Below are positions 32,938 through 42,087 of a DNA stretch of 46,052 bases, piece by piece. This DNA is from Burkholderiales bacterium. Its GTDB lineage: Bacteria > Pseudomonadota > Gammaproteobacteria > Burkholderiales > SG8-39. The stretch spans positions 1 to 46,052 of the forward strand of contig DATFDV010000091.1 in NCBI GenBank assembly GCA_035251855.1. The letters are read 5' to 3'. Both the position numbers and the translations under genes were made by a program. The notes under the pieces are model-generated. The model was given only the letters and a program-made list of their open reading frames with translations, ran no database searches and had not been told where the DNA came from. Within the stretch, counting starts at the first letter, position 1. Every line of letters begins with the position of its first letter.

Positions 32938-33713
32938 CAGGTTACCGCCCCGCTTCCCGCCGCCGACAGCGCGAGCGGCGCGCGCGCGGAGAAATATTCG
33001 CGGATCCACGGGTCGTCGGCATTCATCACCGTCGCCACTGGACCGTCGGCGATTACCTTGCCCGCCGACAGCACGATCGCGCGGTCGATGACCGAGAGGA
33101 GCGTGTCCAGGTCATGGGTCACGATGAAAACGGTGAGCCCGAGGCTGTCAGCCAGCAGGCGCACCAGGCCATCGAAGGCGCGCGCGCCGACCGGATCGAG
33201 CCCGGAGGTGGGCTCGTCGAGGAACAGGATCTCGGGCTCGAGCGCGAGCGCCCGCGCGAGCGCCGCGCGCTTGCGCATGCCGCCAGAAAGCTGCGCCGGG
33301 GTCTTGCGGCCCGCATCGGGCGGCAGGCCGACCAGCGCAAGCTTGAACCCGGCGAGCGGCGCGATGATGTCCATCGGCAGATCGGTATTCTCGCGGAACG
33401 GCACCGCGATGTTCTCGGCCACCGTCAGCGAGCTGAACAGGGCGCCGTCCTGGAACAGCATGCCGAAGCGGCGGCGCAGCGCGTTCAGCTCGCCGGGACT
33501 CGAGCGCCAGACGTCGGCGCCGAAGAGGTTGATCCTGCCGGCGGCGGGCCGCGCGAGGCCGATGATCTCCTTCAGCAGCACGGACTTGCCCGTGCCGCTG
33601 GCGCCGATCAGCGCCACCACCTCGCCGCGCGCGACGCTGAAGCTGACGCCGTCGTGGATCTTCTCGGCACCGAAGCGGGTCACGATGGAATCGACTTCCA
33701 GCACGCGCTCCAT
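32937..33713 (-). CDS. ABC transporter ATP-binding protein (MlaF-like)
   Basis: Walker A GASGTGKS, signature LSGGMRKRAALARAL, Walker B ILFLDEPTSGLD, H-loop VTHD. Confidence 0.92.
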   Translation of the reverse strand: MERVLEVDSIVTRFGAEKIHDGVSFSVARGEVVALIGASGTGKSVLLKEIIGLARPAAGRINLFGADVWRSSPGELNALRRRFGMLFQDGALFSSLTVAENIAVPFRENTDLPMDIIAPLAGFKLALVGLPPDAGRKTPAQLSGGMRKRAALARALALEPEILFLDEPTSGLDPVGARAFDGLVRLLADSLGLTVFIVTHDLDTLLSVIDRAIVLSAGKVIADGPVATVMNADDPWIREYFSARAPLALSAAGSGAVT

Positions 33714-34823
33714 TCAGATCCCCAGGCGCTGGTACGCGACCGCGAACACGGCATCGAGCACGATGACCCAGACGATGCTCTGCACCACCGTCGAGGTGGT
33801 GTTCACCCCGACGCTGCGCGCGTCGCGCGCCACGAGCATCCCCATTCGGCAAGCGACGATCGCGATGAAGGCGGCGAACACCGGCGCCTTGGCGAGGCCC
33901 GCCAGCACCGACCTCAGCGGCAGCACGTCGTGCAGGCGGTCCATGAACGCCTGCGGCGCAATGTCGAGCTGCCAGGCCGCGACCAGCATGCCGCCGGCGA
34001 TGCCGGCCACATCGCCGACGAACACCAGCAGCGGCAGCGCGACGCTGAGCGCGACCAGCCGCGGAATCACCAGCACCTGGAGCGGCGACAGGCCGAGCGT
34101 GCTGATGGCGTCGATCTCCTCCTGCACCTTCATGGTGCCGATCTGCGCGGTGAACGCCGCGCCCGAGCGCCCGGCGACGATCACCGCGGCGAGCAGCGGC
34201 GAGAGCTCGCGGCACACCGCCAGCCCGACGCCGTCGACGACGAAAATGTTGGCGCCGTAGCGCAGCGCCTGCTGTCCCAGCAGGTACGCGAACACCACGC
34301 CGATGAGGAAAGTCACCAGCGCGACGACCGGGATGGCGTCGAGGCCGGCCGCCTCGAACTGCGACACTGTCTCGCGCAGCCGGAAACGCCTCGGCCGGGG
34401 CACGAGGTCGAAAACCTCGAGGGCCAGCGCGCCGACGAAGGCGTTGTGCGACTTGAGCAGGCGCCACACGCCGATCGCGGACGCGCCCACGCGCTGCACC
34501 AGCCCCAGGTGCATCGAGCGCGCCGCCGCCGGGGGGCACTTCATGCGCTCGTGCACGAGCTTGAGCAACCGCGCATGCCTTGGGTCGAAATCGCGCGCGC
34601 TGACCATGGATTCGGTACAGCCGAGCAGATTGAGATGGCGGAACAGGGTGAAGCCGGCGGCGGTGTCCAGCGCCTTGAGGCCGCTGCCGTCGAGCAGGAA
34701 CGGCCGGCTGCCTTTCAGGTCGAGCGCGCGCAGGGAATCCGAGATGGCGGCCAGGTTGGAGAGCCGCCATATGCCCATCAGGTAAAGAACGCTCGCGCCG
34801 TTCTCGAGCTTGTGCTCTAGCAC
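33714..34823 (-). CDS. MlaE-family ABC permease with an N-terminal STAS-like domain
   Basis: The C-terminal ~260 aa match MlaE/Ttg2B (RELSPLLAAVIVAGRSGAAFTAQIGTMKVQEEIDA...). The first ~100 aa (LYLMGIWRLSNLAAISDSLRALDLKGSRPFLLDGSGLKALDTAG) look like a STAS/MlaB-type domain. Confidence 0.87.
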   Translation of the reverse strand: MLEHKLENGASVLYLMGIWRLSNLAAISDSLRALDLKGSRPFLLDGSGLKALDTAAGFTLFRHLNLLGCTESMVSARDFDPRHARLLKLVHERMKCPPAAARSMHLGLVQRVGASAIGVWRLLKSHNAFVGALALEVFDLVPRPRRFRLRETVSQFEAAGLDAIPVVALVTFLIGVVFAYLLGQQALRYGANIFVVDGVGLAVCRELSPLLAAVIVAGRSGAAFTAQIGTMKVQEEIDAISTLGLSPLQVLVIPRLVALSVALPLLVFVGDVAGIAGGMLVAAWQLDIAPQAFMDRLHDVLPLRSVLAGLAKAPVFAAFIAIVACRMGMLVARDARSVGVNTTSTVVQSIVWVIVLDAVFAVAYQRLGI

Positions 34824-34852
34824 GTCATCCTCGCGCCAAGTTTCCCTTCATC

Positions 34853-35749
34853 TTAACCTCGTTGCACGGGGAGCCCGGCCGAAACCCACGCCTCGATGCC
34901 GCCGGCGAGCGGCCGCACGCGGCGAAAGCCCCGGGCATGCAGCCGCAGCGCGACCTGCGCCGCGGTGGCCTCGTTCGGGCATGCGCAATAGACCACCACT
35001 TCGCGTTCGCGCGGCACCTCGCGCAGCGTGAGCTCCAGGGCGTCGAGATCGACCGCGCGCGCGCCGGGAATCCGGCGTCCGTCCGCGAGGCGATGCGATG
35101 CCGTGCGCACGTCGAGCACGATCGGATCGTCGCCGCGGCCGATCATCTCGGAGAGCTCCTGCACGCTGATGCGCGCGGTCCTGAGGGAGCGCAGGAAAAT
35201 CCAGCGTTGCGCGAGGCGATAGGCGACGTAAGCTGCCAGCAGCGCGCCGATCAGCAGCATCGCATGGCCGCCCAGCGCCGCGAGCCATTCGAGCAGCCAG
35301 CCGACCTGGTCGTGGAAGACCAGCCCGAGCGCCAGGCCGGCGGCCGAGCGCAGCGCGCTGCCCGCGAGATCGTAGAGCACGAACACGGGCAACCCGAGGC
35401 GCAAGGCGCCGGCCAGCGGAGGCGCGAACGTTTCAAACCCGGGCAGGAAGCGCGCGACCACCAGCATCGCCGGCCCACGCCGCTCGAACGCATCCTCGGT
35501 CAGGCGCACGCACGAGTCGGGCGACAGCGTGACCCGACACACCAGGCTCAGAACGCGATGCCCGTAGCGCCATCCCGCCCAGTACCACGGCAGGTTGCCC
35601 AGCGACCCGGCGAGCGTGGTGACGAGGAACACGACGAAGAGCTGGAGGGGGTCCGCAAAGGCAACCGAACCGGCCCAGATCAGGACCGGGAACGCCGGCA
35701 GCGGGATGCCGAGCTGGTGCACCAGCACGGCCGCCGCCGCCGTCAGCAC
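34853..35749 (-). CDS. DedA (SNARE-associated) membrane domain fused to a C-terminal rhodanese domain
   Basis: The N-terminal two thirds are DedA-like (LGIPLPAFPVLIWAG...VVARFLPGFETFAPPLAG). The C-terminus is rhodanese with the active-site loop VVVYCACPNEATAA and a terminal GGIEAW. GTG start at 35749. Confidence 0.8.
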   Translation of the reverse strand: MLTAAAAVLVHQLGIPLPAFPVLIWAGSVAFADPLQLFVVFLVTTLAGSLGNLPWYWAGWRYGHRVLSLVCRVTLSPDSCVRLTEDAFERRGPAMLVVARFLPGFETFAPPLAGALRLGLPVFVLYDLAGSALRSAAGLALGLVFHDQVGWLLEWLAALGGHAMLLIGALLAAYVAYRLAQRWIFLRSLRTARISVQELSEMIGRGDDPIVLDVRTASHRLADGRRIPGARAVDLDALELTLREVPREREVVVYCACPNEATAAQVALRLHARGFRRVRPLAGGIEAWVSAGLPVQRG

Positions 35750-35779
35750 GACGTGCTCGGCGAAGAACGGCTCTATGGA

Positions 35780-36220
35780 TCAGTGCGCAGTTTGCGCGAA
35801 GCGCGCGGCGCCGGTGCGGTGTCGCAAAGCGTCCACGCTCCACGCCCCGGCGCCCGAGAACACGAAGTAGAGGAACACGAAGCAATAGAGCACCGCGAGC
35901 TCGCCCTGGTTGAGCATCGGCAGGAGCACGTTGCCCTGGCTGCCGTGCGCCATGAAGTAGGCCACCGCCATGAACCCGCAGAGCACGAACGCAACCGGTC
36001 TTGTGAACAGCCCTATGAGAAACAGCGCACCCAGGAACACTTCGATGACGCCCGCGAGCCCCATCAGCGAAAAAAGCTGCAGCCCGTCGAACATCTGCTG
36101 GTGCGGCGCGCCGAAGAGCTTCGCCGTGCCGTGCGGGATCAGCAGAAACCCGGTCACGATGCGCAGCACCGCCAGCGCCCGCGGCCTCCAGGTTTCCAGC
36201 ATCGCAGCTTCGATTGCCAT
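35780..36220 (-). CDS. DoxX family membrane protein
   Basis: From ATG 36220, behind an AGGAGG SD: MAIEAAMLETWRPRALAVLRIVTGFLLIPHGTAKLFG... 146 aa with four hydrophobic helices. The upstream part of the 408 aa track ORF is spurious. Confidence 0.8.
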   Translation of the reverse strand: MAIEAAMLETWRPRALAVLRIVTGFLLIPHGTAKLFGAPHQQMFDGLQLFSLMGLAGVIEVFLGALFLIGLFTRPVAFVLCGFMAVAYFMAHGSQGNVLLPMLNQGELAVLYCFVFLYFVFSGAGAWSVDALRHRTGAARFAQTAH

Positions 36221-36337
36221 GTGCCCTCCTTTTACGTGGTGGAAATTCATCCTACTCGCGTACGTAACGGCCGCGGCAGTTCTTGGAGTAGATTGGGCAC
36301 CGGATGAATGACGCGGTGAAAGCGATCGGTTAGCCCA

Positions 36338-37120
36338 GTGTCCGAACTGCGCATGCCGGCGGTGTTTTTCGGCCACGGCAACCCGATGAATGCTTTGCAG
36401 AAGAATGCGTGGACGTCGGGCTGGTCGGCGCTGGGCGCGGCACTTCCTCGGCCAAAAGCCATCCTGTCGGTCTCGGCACACTGGTACCTGCCGGCGACGG
36501 CGGTTACTGCAATCTCTAGACCCCGCACCATCCACGATTTCGGCGGATTCCCGCCCGCGCTCTACGAGGTGCAATACCCCGCCCCCGGCTCTCCCGAGGT
36601 GGCTTCGCGAGTGGCCGATTTGCTCGCACCGCTGGAGGTCGCCATGGATAGAAGCTGGGGCCTCGACCATGGCACCTGGTCGGTGCTGGTGCACGCCTAT
36701 CCGCAGGCCGACGTGCCGGTGGTGCAGCTCAGCATCGATGACAGCAAGCCCGGGCGCTGGCATTACGAGCTGGCGCGCAAGCTGGCTCCCCTGCGCGACG
36801 AAGGCGTGCTCATCATGGGAAGCGGGAATATGGTGCATAACCTGCACACCTATTCCTGGGGCAAGCGCTCGGTCGAGCCGTACGACTGGGCGCTGCGCTT
36901 CGAGACCATGGCCCGCCAGGCCCTGAGCGCCGCCGAATTTGCGACGCTGGTGGACTACGAGTCGCTGGGCAGGGACGCGATGCTCGCCGCGCCGACGCCC
37001 GATCACTATCTACCGCTCCTGTACGTGCTGGCCCAGCATCAGTCGGGCGAGCCGGTCACCTTCCCGGTCGAAGGCTTCGACGGGGGCTCGATCTCGATGC
37101 TGGCGGTGCGCATCGGCTGA
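36338..37120 (+). CDS. ygiD: 4,5-DOPA dioxygenase extradiol-like (class III extradiol dioxygenase, YgiD family)
   Basis: MPAVFFGHGNPMNAL, SAHWY, IHDFGGFP, YPAPG, GLDHGTWSVL and GSGNMVHNL are typical of YgiD. GTG 36338 or ATG 36353 could be the start. Confidence 0.87.
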   Translation: MSELRMPAVFFGHGNPMNALQKNAWTSGWSALGAALPRPKAILSVSAHWYLPATAVTAISRPRTIHDFGGFPPALYEVQYPAPGSPEVASRVADLLAPLEVAMDRSWGLDHGTWSVLVHAYPQADVPVVQLSIDDSKPGRWHYELARKLAPLRDEGVLIMGSGNMVHNLHTYSWGKRSVEPYDWALRFETMARQALSAAEFATLVDYESLGRDAMLAAPTPDHYLPLLYVLAQHQSGEPVTFPVEGFDGGSISMLAVRIG

Positions 37121-37126
37121 TCGGCG

Positions 37127-37522
37127 ATGTCCATCCTGCGTTTGGCTGCGCAAGGCACCACGGTCGCCGACACTGAGCTCGCAATCGGCTGGGACGTCGC
37201 CAGCCGCGACTTGTCCGCGCTGGGTCTCGAGAACGCCATCGCGGCGGTCGAAGACGAACTTGCCCGGGTCCACGCCAGCCTCGTCAAAGGCGGCGCGCTC
37301 CTCACCGACGATGCGACGATCCGCGACATCGCCCTCGCCGCCGGCGTGCACGCAAGCGCGGAAATGACCTTGAGCGTCGAAGCGGTGGAGCAGATGTTTC
37401 AGCGTTTGGCCGCGCGCGCGCCCGGACTGCCAGCGGGCCGCGAATTCGCAGGCAAGCTCCTGATCCTGCGCGAGCTCATGCACCATCTGGCATTCCCGTC
37501 GATCGTAATCAGAGCGGTTTGA
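37127..37522 (+). CDS. Hypothetical protein, 131 aa
   Basis: Its ATG lies 6 nt after the ygiD stop, with GC3-rich codons and an ordinary amino-acid composition. No family recognised. Its 3' end overlaps the convergent oxidoreductase gene by 14 nt. Confidence 0.45.
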   Translation: MSILRLAAQGTTVADTELAIGWDVASRDLSALGLENAIAAVEDELARVHASLVKGGALLTDDATIRDIALAAGVHASAEMTLSVEAVEQMFQRLAARAPGLPAGREFAGKLLILRELMHHLAFPSIVIRAV

Positions 37523-38882
37523 GGTCCTCCAGCACCGTCGGCAGGAGCTCGCTGACATTGGGATGAATCCGCACGCGGCGCTGGAACTCGGTGTACGGAA
37601 TCCTGGCGTACACCGCATCGATGAGCGAATGCACCGCCTCGTCGGCGCCGGTGCCGAGCAGCGAGGCGCCGAGGATGCGCTTGGAGCCCTGCTCGACGTG
37701 GATCTTGAGGAAGCCCTGCGTCTCGCCCTTCTCCACTGCGCGCGCGACCCGCGACATGGGCCGCTTCCCGACCAACGCCTTGATGCCCTTGTCTTTGATT
37801 TCTTTCTCGGAAAGACCGACCCGGCCGAGCGGCGGGTCGGTGTAGAGCGCATAGACGGGGACCCGGTCGGTGTGTTTTCGTCCGGCATTCGATAACAAGT
37901 TGTCGGCGACGATTTCGTAGTCGTTGTACGCGGTATGGGTGAAGGCGCCCTTGCCGTTGCAGTCGCCGAGCGCCCACACGCGCGGATTGGAAGTGCGCAG
38001 GCCTTCGTCGACCTCGATGTAGCCGCGCTTGTCGGTCTTGACGCCGGCGGCATCCAGACCGAGGTCGTCCGTGTTTGGCACGCGGCCGACGGCCAGCAGC
38101 AGGTGCGTGCCGCGCTCGCGTGGCGCGCCTTCGCTGCAGTCGAGGCCGACCGACAGACCGTCCGCCTCCTTCTGCAGGCTCAGGCATTCGGCGCCCAGGC
38201 GCAGCGCGATGCCTTCGGCGCGCAGGATCTCCTGGATCGCGGCCGAAACATCCTCGTCCTCGCGCCCTACCAGCCGCGCTCCCATCTCCACCACCGTGAC
38301 GCGGCTGCCGAAGCGGCGGAGCATCTGCGCGAACTCCAGACCCACATAGCTGCCGCCGATGACGAGCAGGTGCCCGGGAATGAAGTCGAGATCCATCATG
38401 GTCTCGTTGGTGAGATAGGGCACGGTATCGAGCCCGGGCATTTTCGGGATCAGCGGACGGCCGCCCACGTCGAGAAAAATCTTCTCCGCGCCCAGCCTCT
38501 CGGAACCGACCTGGATCTGCGCAGGGGCAACGAAGCGCGCGTGGCCGCGGTAGACCTTCGTGTCTTTCAGCCCCTGCATCCACTTCTCGACACCCTCGCG
38601 CGAGTTGCGCACGATGTCGTCCTTGCGCGCCTTGACCCGCTTTATGTCAACCCGCGGTTCTCCCTGCACCAGCACGCCGTACTCCGCCGCTCGCCTCGCC
38701 ATGTGCGCAGCGTAGGCGCTCGCCACCATGGCTTTGGTCGGGGTGCAGCCGTTATTCACGCAGGTGCCGCCGAACTCATGCTTCTCGACCACGGCGACTT
38801 TCATGCCGGCGCCCGAGAGCCGCGCGGCGAGCGCCGGGCCGGCCTGGCCGGTGCCGATGACGAGGGCGTCGAAGGCCGTCAC
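37509..38882 (-). CDS. FAD-dependent pyridine nucleotide-disulfide oxidoreductase (mercuric reductase / dihydrolipoamide dehydrogenase-like, no NmerA domain)
   Basis: From GTG 38882: (M)TAFDALVIGTGQAGPALAARL, redox CxxxxC GGTCVNNGCTPTK, a second Rossmann motif LLVIGGSYVGLEFA, ALGDC and a C-terminal dimerisation domain. Confidence 0.85.
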   Translation of the reverse strand: MTAFDALVIGTGQAGPALAARLSGAGMKVAVVEKHEFGGTCVNNGCTPTKAMVASAYAAHMARRAAEYGVLVQGEPRVDIKRVKARKDDIVRNSREGVEKWMQGLKDTKVYRGHARFVAPAQIQVGSERLGAEKIFLDVGGRPLIPKMPGLDTVPYLTNETMMDLDFIPGHLLVIGGSYVGLEFAQMLRRFGSRVTVVEMGARLVGREDEDVSAAIQEILRAEGIALRLGAECLSLQKEADGLSVGLDCSEGAPRERGTHLLLAVGRVPNTDDLGLDAAGVKTDKRGYIEVDEGLRTSNPRVWALGDCNGKGAFTHTAYNDYEIVADNLLSNAGRKHTDRVPVYALYTDPPLGRVGLSEKEIKDKGIKALVGKRPMSRVARAVEKGETQGFLKIHVEQGSKRILGASLLGTGADEAVHSLIDAVYARIPYTEFQRRVRIHPNVSELLPTVLEDLKPL

Positions 38883-38914
38883 GCACTTATCATAGTCGTT
38901 AAGCTCAAGCTTGA

Positions 38915-41752
38915 ATGTCCAACGAAGCCCTGCTGATCGCCATGCTTGGGCTGCCTTTCGCAGGCAGCGTCGCGGCCGCACTCTTCCCGGCGAATGCCCG
39001 CAACCGCGAAGCATGGCTCGCGGGCGCGGTTGCGCTCGCGGTGCAGGGGCTGGCATGGTGGGTCTATCCGGAGATGGCGCATGCCCAGGTGCTGCGCCTC
39101 GACCTCGCCTGGCTGCCCGCGCTCGGCCTGAACTTCACCATCCGCCTGGACGGCTTCGCCTGGATGTTCGCCATCCTCGTCAGCGGGATCGGCTTCCTGG
39201 TGGTGCTCTATGCGCGCTACTACATGTCGCCCGCCGACCCGGTGCCGCGCTTCTTTGCGTTCTTCCTGGCGTTCATGGGCTCGATGCTCGGCGTGGTGCT
39301 CTCCGGCAACCTGATCCAGCTGGTGTTCTTCTGGGAGCTCACCAGCCTGTTCTCGTTCCTGCTCATCGGCTACTGGCACCACAATGCCGCCGCGCGCGAC
39401 GGCGCGCGCATGGCGCTGATCGTCACCTCCGCCGGCGGCCTGTGCCTGTTTGCCGGCGCGCTGCTGCTGGGCCGCATCGCCGGCAGCTATGACCTCGACG
39501 TGGTGCTGCGCTCCGGAGACGCGGTCCGCTCGCACGCGCTGTACCTGCCGGCGCTGCTGCTGGTGCTCGCCGGGACCCTGACCAAGAGCGCGCAATTCCC
39601 GTTCCATTTCTGGCTGCCGCAGGCCATGGCGGCGCCGACGCCGGTGTCGGCGTACCTGCATTCGGCGGCGATGGTGAAGCTCGGCGTATTCCTCATGGCG
39701 CGGCTGTGGCCGGTGCTGGCGGGAACCGACGCATGGATGTGGACGGTGGGCATGGCCGGGCTGGTGACGCTGGTGCTGGGGGCGTATCTCGCCATCTTCC
39801 AGCACGACCTCAAGGGCCTGCTCGCCTATTCGACGGTGAGCCATCTCGGGCTGATCACGGTGCTGCTCGGCCTCAACACGCCGCTCGGCGTCGTCGCTGC
39901 AGTGTTCCACACGCTGAATCACGCCACGTTCAAGGCGTCGCTCTTCATGGCCGCCGGCATCATCGACCACGAGACCGGCACCCGCGACATCCGGCGCCTG
40001 AGCGGCCTGTACCGTTACCTGCCGGTGACCGCGACGCTCGCGATGGTGGCGGCGGCGGCGATGGCGGGCGTGCCGCTGCTGAACGGCTTTCTCTCCAAGG
40101 AAATGTTCTTCGCCGAGGCGCTCGAGGCCGAAGGGCCGGTGCGCGCCATCGACCGCGCGCTGCCGTTCATCGCCACGGCCTGGGGCATGTTCAGCGTGGC
40201 CTACTCGGTGCGGTTCATCCACGGCGTGTTCTTCGGCCCGCCGCCGGCCGGCCTGCCGCGAATACCGCAGGAGCCGCCGCGCTGGATGCGCTTCCCGATC
40301 GAGTTCCTGGTGCTCGCCTGCCTGGCGGTGGGCGCCTTCCCCGCGCTGACCATCGGGCCGTTCCTGGATATCGGCGTGCGCTCGCTGCTCGGCGCGCAAG
40401 CGCCCGCGTACAGCCTGGCCGTCTGGCACGGCTTCACCACGCCGTTCGTCATGAGCCTGCTTGCGCTCGCGGGCGGCGCCGCGCTCTACGCGCTGCTTTT
40501 CCGCTACCTGGCTCGCGGCGAAGAGCGCACGCCGCTCCTGCCGAAGATCGACGCGCGGCTGATCTTCGACCGCATCCTCGTCGTCGTCTCCTGGCGCTGG
40601 GCGCGCTCGGTGGAGACGCTGTTCGGCACCCGGCGCCTGCAGCCGCAACTGCGCTGGCTGGTGCTTGCGGCGCTGGTTGCCGGGGTAGTGCCGGTGTGGC
40701 GGCGCGGGCTCGATCCCGGCCCATTGCCGTGGTCGTCGATCGATCCAGGGCTCGCCGCAGCCTGGGCGATCGGCGCGGTCTGCGCTCTCGGCGCCGCCTG
40801 GCAGGCGAAGTTCCACCGCTTCGCCGCGCTGATGCTCGCCGGCGGCGCCGGCCTGGTCGTCTGCCTGACCTTCATGCGCATGGCGGCGCCGGACCTCGCG
40901 CTCACCCAGCTGCTGGTGGAGATCGTCACCACGGTGCTGCTGCTCCTCGGCCTGCGCTGGCTGCCCAAGCGAATTCCGTTCGCGTGGACCAGCGCCGGAG
41001 CGCGCGCCGCGCTGCCGCGCCGCCTGCGCGATCTCGCGCTCGCGGGCAGCTGCGGGCTTGGCGTCGCCGCCCTTGCCTACGCCGTCATGACACGCCCGCT
41101 GCCCGAGACCATTTCGAGCTACTTCATGGAGAACGCCTGGTCGCGCGGCGGCGGCACCAACGTGGTCAACGTAATCATCGTCGACTTCCGCGGCTTCGAT
41201 ACGCTGGGGGAAATCAGCGTGCTGGCCGTGGTCAGCATCGCCGTCTACGCGCTGCTCCGCCGCTTCCGCCCCGCCCGCGAGAGCCTGGAGACGCCGCCGC
41301 GGCCGCAGGACGCCGACGACGACCTGCTGGTGCCCGCGGTGATCATGCGCCTGATGTTCCCAATGGCCGGCATGCTCGCCGGCTACCTGCTGCTGCGCGG
41401 CCACAACCTGCCGGGCGGCGGCTTCGCCGCCGGCCTGGTGCTCGCGCTCGCGGTGATCCTGCAATACATGGCCGGCGGCACGCGCTGGGCCGAAGAGCGG
41501 CTGGCGATCCGGCCCTCGCGATGGATGGGCGCGGGCCTGCTGCTCGCCGGCGCGACCGGCGCCGGCGCCTGGGCCTTTGCGCATCCGTTCCTCACTTCGC
41601 ACACCGCGCACCTGCACCTGCCGGTGCTGGGCGAGCTGCACCTGCCGAGTGCGCTGCTGTTCGATCTTGGCATCTTCTCGCTGGTGGTGGGCGCCACCGG
41701 GCTGATTCTGATCGTCCTCGCGCATCAATCGGTGCGCCATCCATGGAACTGA
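38915..41752 (+). CDS. mrpA: Monovalent cation/H+ antiporter subunit A (fused MrpA/MrpB type)
   Basis: 945 aa polytopic protein with NuoL-like motifs (FFWELTSLFSFLLIGYWH, SAQFPFHFWLPQAMAAPTPVSAYLHSA) and an MrpB-like C-terminal extension. First gene of a six-gene operon. Confidence 0.92.
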   Translation: MSNEALLIAMLGLPFAGSVAAALFPANARNREAWLAGAVALAVQGLAWWVYPEMAHAQVLRLDLAWLPALGLNFTIRLDGFAWMFAILVSGIGFLVVLYARYYMSPADPVPRFFAFFLAFMGSMLGVVLSGNLIQLVFFWELTSLFSFLLIGYWHHNAAARDGARMALIVTSAGGLCLFAGALLLGRIAGSYDLDVVLRSGDAVRSHALYLPALLLVLAGTLTKSAQFPFHFWLPQAMAAPTPVSAYLHSAAMVKLGVFLMARLWPVLAGTDAWMWTVGMAGLVTLVLGAYLAIFQHDLKGLLAYSTVSHLGLITVLLGLNTPLGVVAAVFHTLNHATFKASLFMAAGIIDHETGTRDIRRLSGLYRYLPVTATLAMVAAAAMAGVPLLNGFLSKEMFFAEALEAEGPVRAIDRALPFIATAWGMFSVAYSVRFIHGVFFGPPPAGLPRIPQEPPRWMRFPIEFLVLACLAVGAFPALTIGPFLDIGVRSLLGAQAPAYSLAVWHGFTTPFVMSLLALAGGAALYALLFRYLARGEERTPLLPKIDARLIFDRILVVVSWRWARSVETLFGTRRLQPQLRWLVLAALVAGVVPVWRRGLDPGPLPWSSIDPGLAAAWAIGAVCALGAAWQAKFHRFAALMLAGGAGLVVCLTFMRMAAPDLALTQLLVEIVTTVLLLLGLRWLPKRIPFAWTSAGARAALPRRLRDLALAGSCGLGVAALAYAVMTRPLPETISSYFMENAWSRGGGTNVVNVIIVDFRGFDTLGEISVLAVVSIAVYALLRRFRPARESLETPPRPQDADDDLLVPAVIMRLMFPMAGMLAGYLLLRGHNLPGGGFAAGLVLALAVILQYMAGGTRWAEERLAIRPSRWMGAGLLLAGATGAGAWAFAHPFLTSHTAHLHLPVLGELHLPSALLFDLGIFSLVVGATGLILIVLAHQSVRHPWN

Positions 41753-42087
41753 TCGTCGCCCTGCTGATCGGCACGCTCGCCGGATCGGGCGTCTGGCTGC
41801 TGCTGCGGCCGCGCACCTTCCAGGTCATCGTCGGCCTGTCGCTGCTTTCGTACGCGGTCAACCTCTTCATCTTCGTCATGGGATGGGTGCGCGGCGGGCG
41901 GCCGCCGTTCGTCGAGCCCGGCGCCGTCGTGGATTTCGCGCGCTTCGCCGATCCGCTGCCGCAGGCGCTGGTGCTCACCGCCATCGTCATCAGCTTTGCC
42001 ACCACCGCGCTGCTGCTCGTGGTGCTGGTCGTGGCGCGCGGGCTCACCGGCACCGACCACGTCGACGGGCAGGAGCCCGACGCATGA
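41743..42087 (+). CDS. mrpC: Monovalent cation/H+ antiporter subunit C
   Basis: 114 aa NuoK-like (MELIVALLIGTLAGSGVWLLLRPRTFQVIVGLSLLSYAVNL). Overlaps the mrpA 3' end by 10 nt. Confidence 0.9.
   Translation: MELIVALLIGTLAGSGVWLLLRPRTFQVIVGLSLLSYAVNLFIFVMGWVRGGRPPFVEPGAVVDFARFADPLPQALVLTAIVISFATTALLLVVLVVARGLTGTDHVDGQEPDA

Noticed and set aside
38879-41740. 953 aa minus-strand ORF.
   Set aside because: It is antisense to mrpA. The product is dominated by R/A/G/Q/H runs with no recognisable domain, while the plus strand encodes a canonical NuoL-like antiporter subunit.
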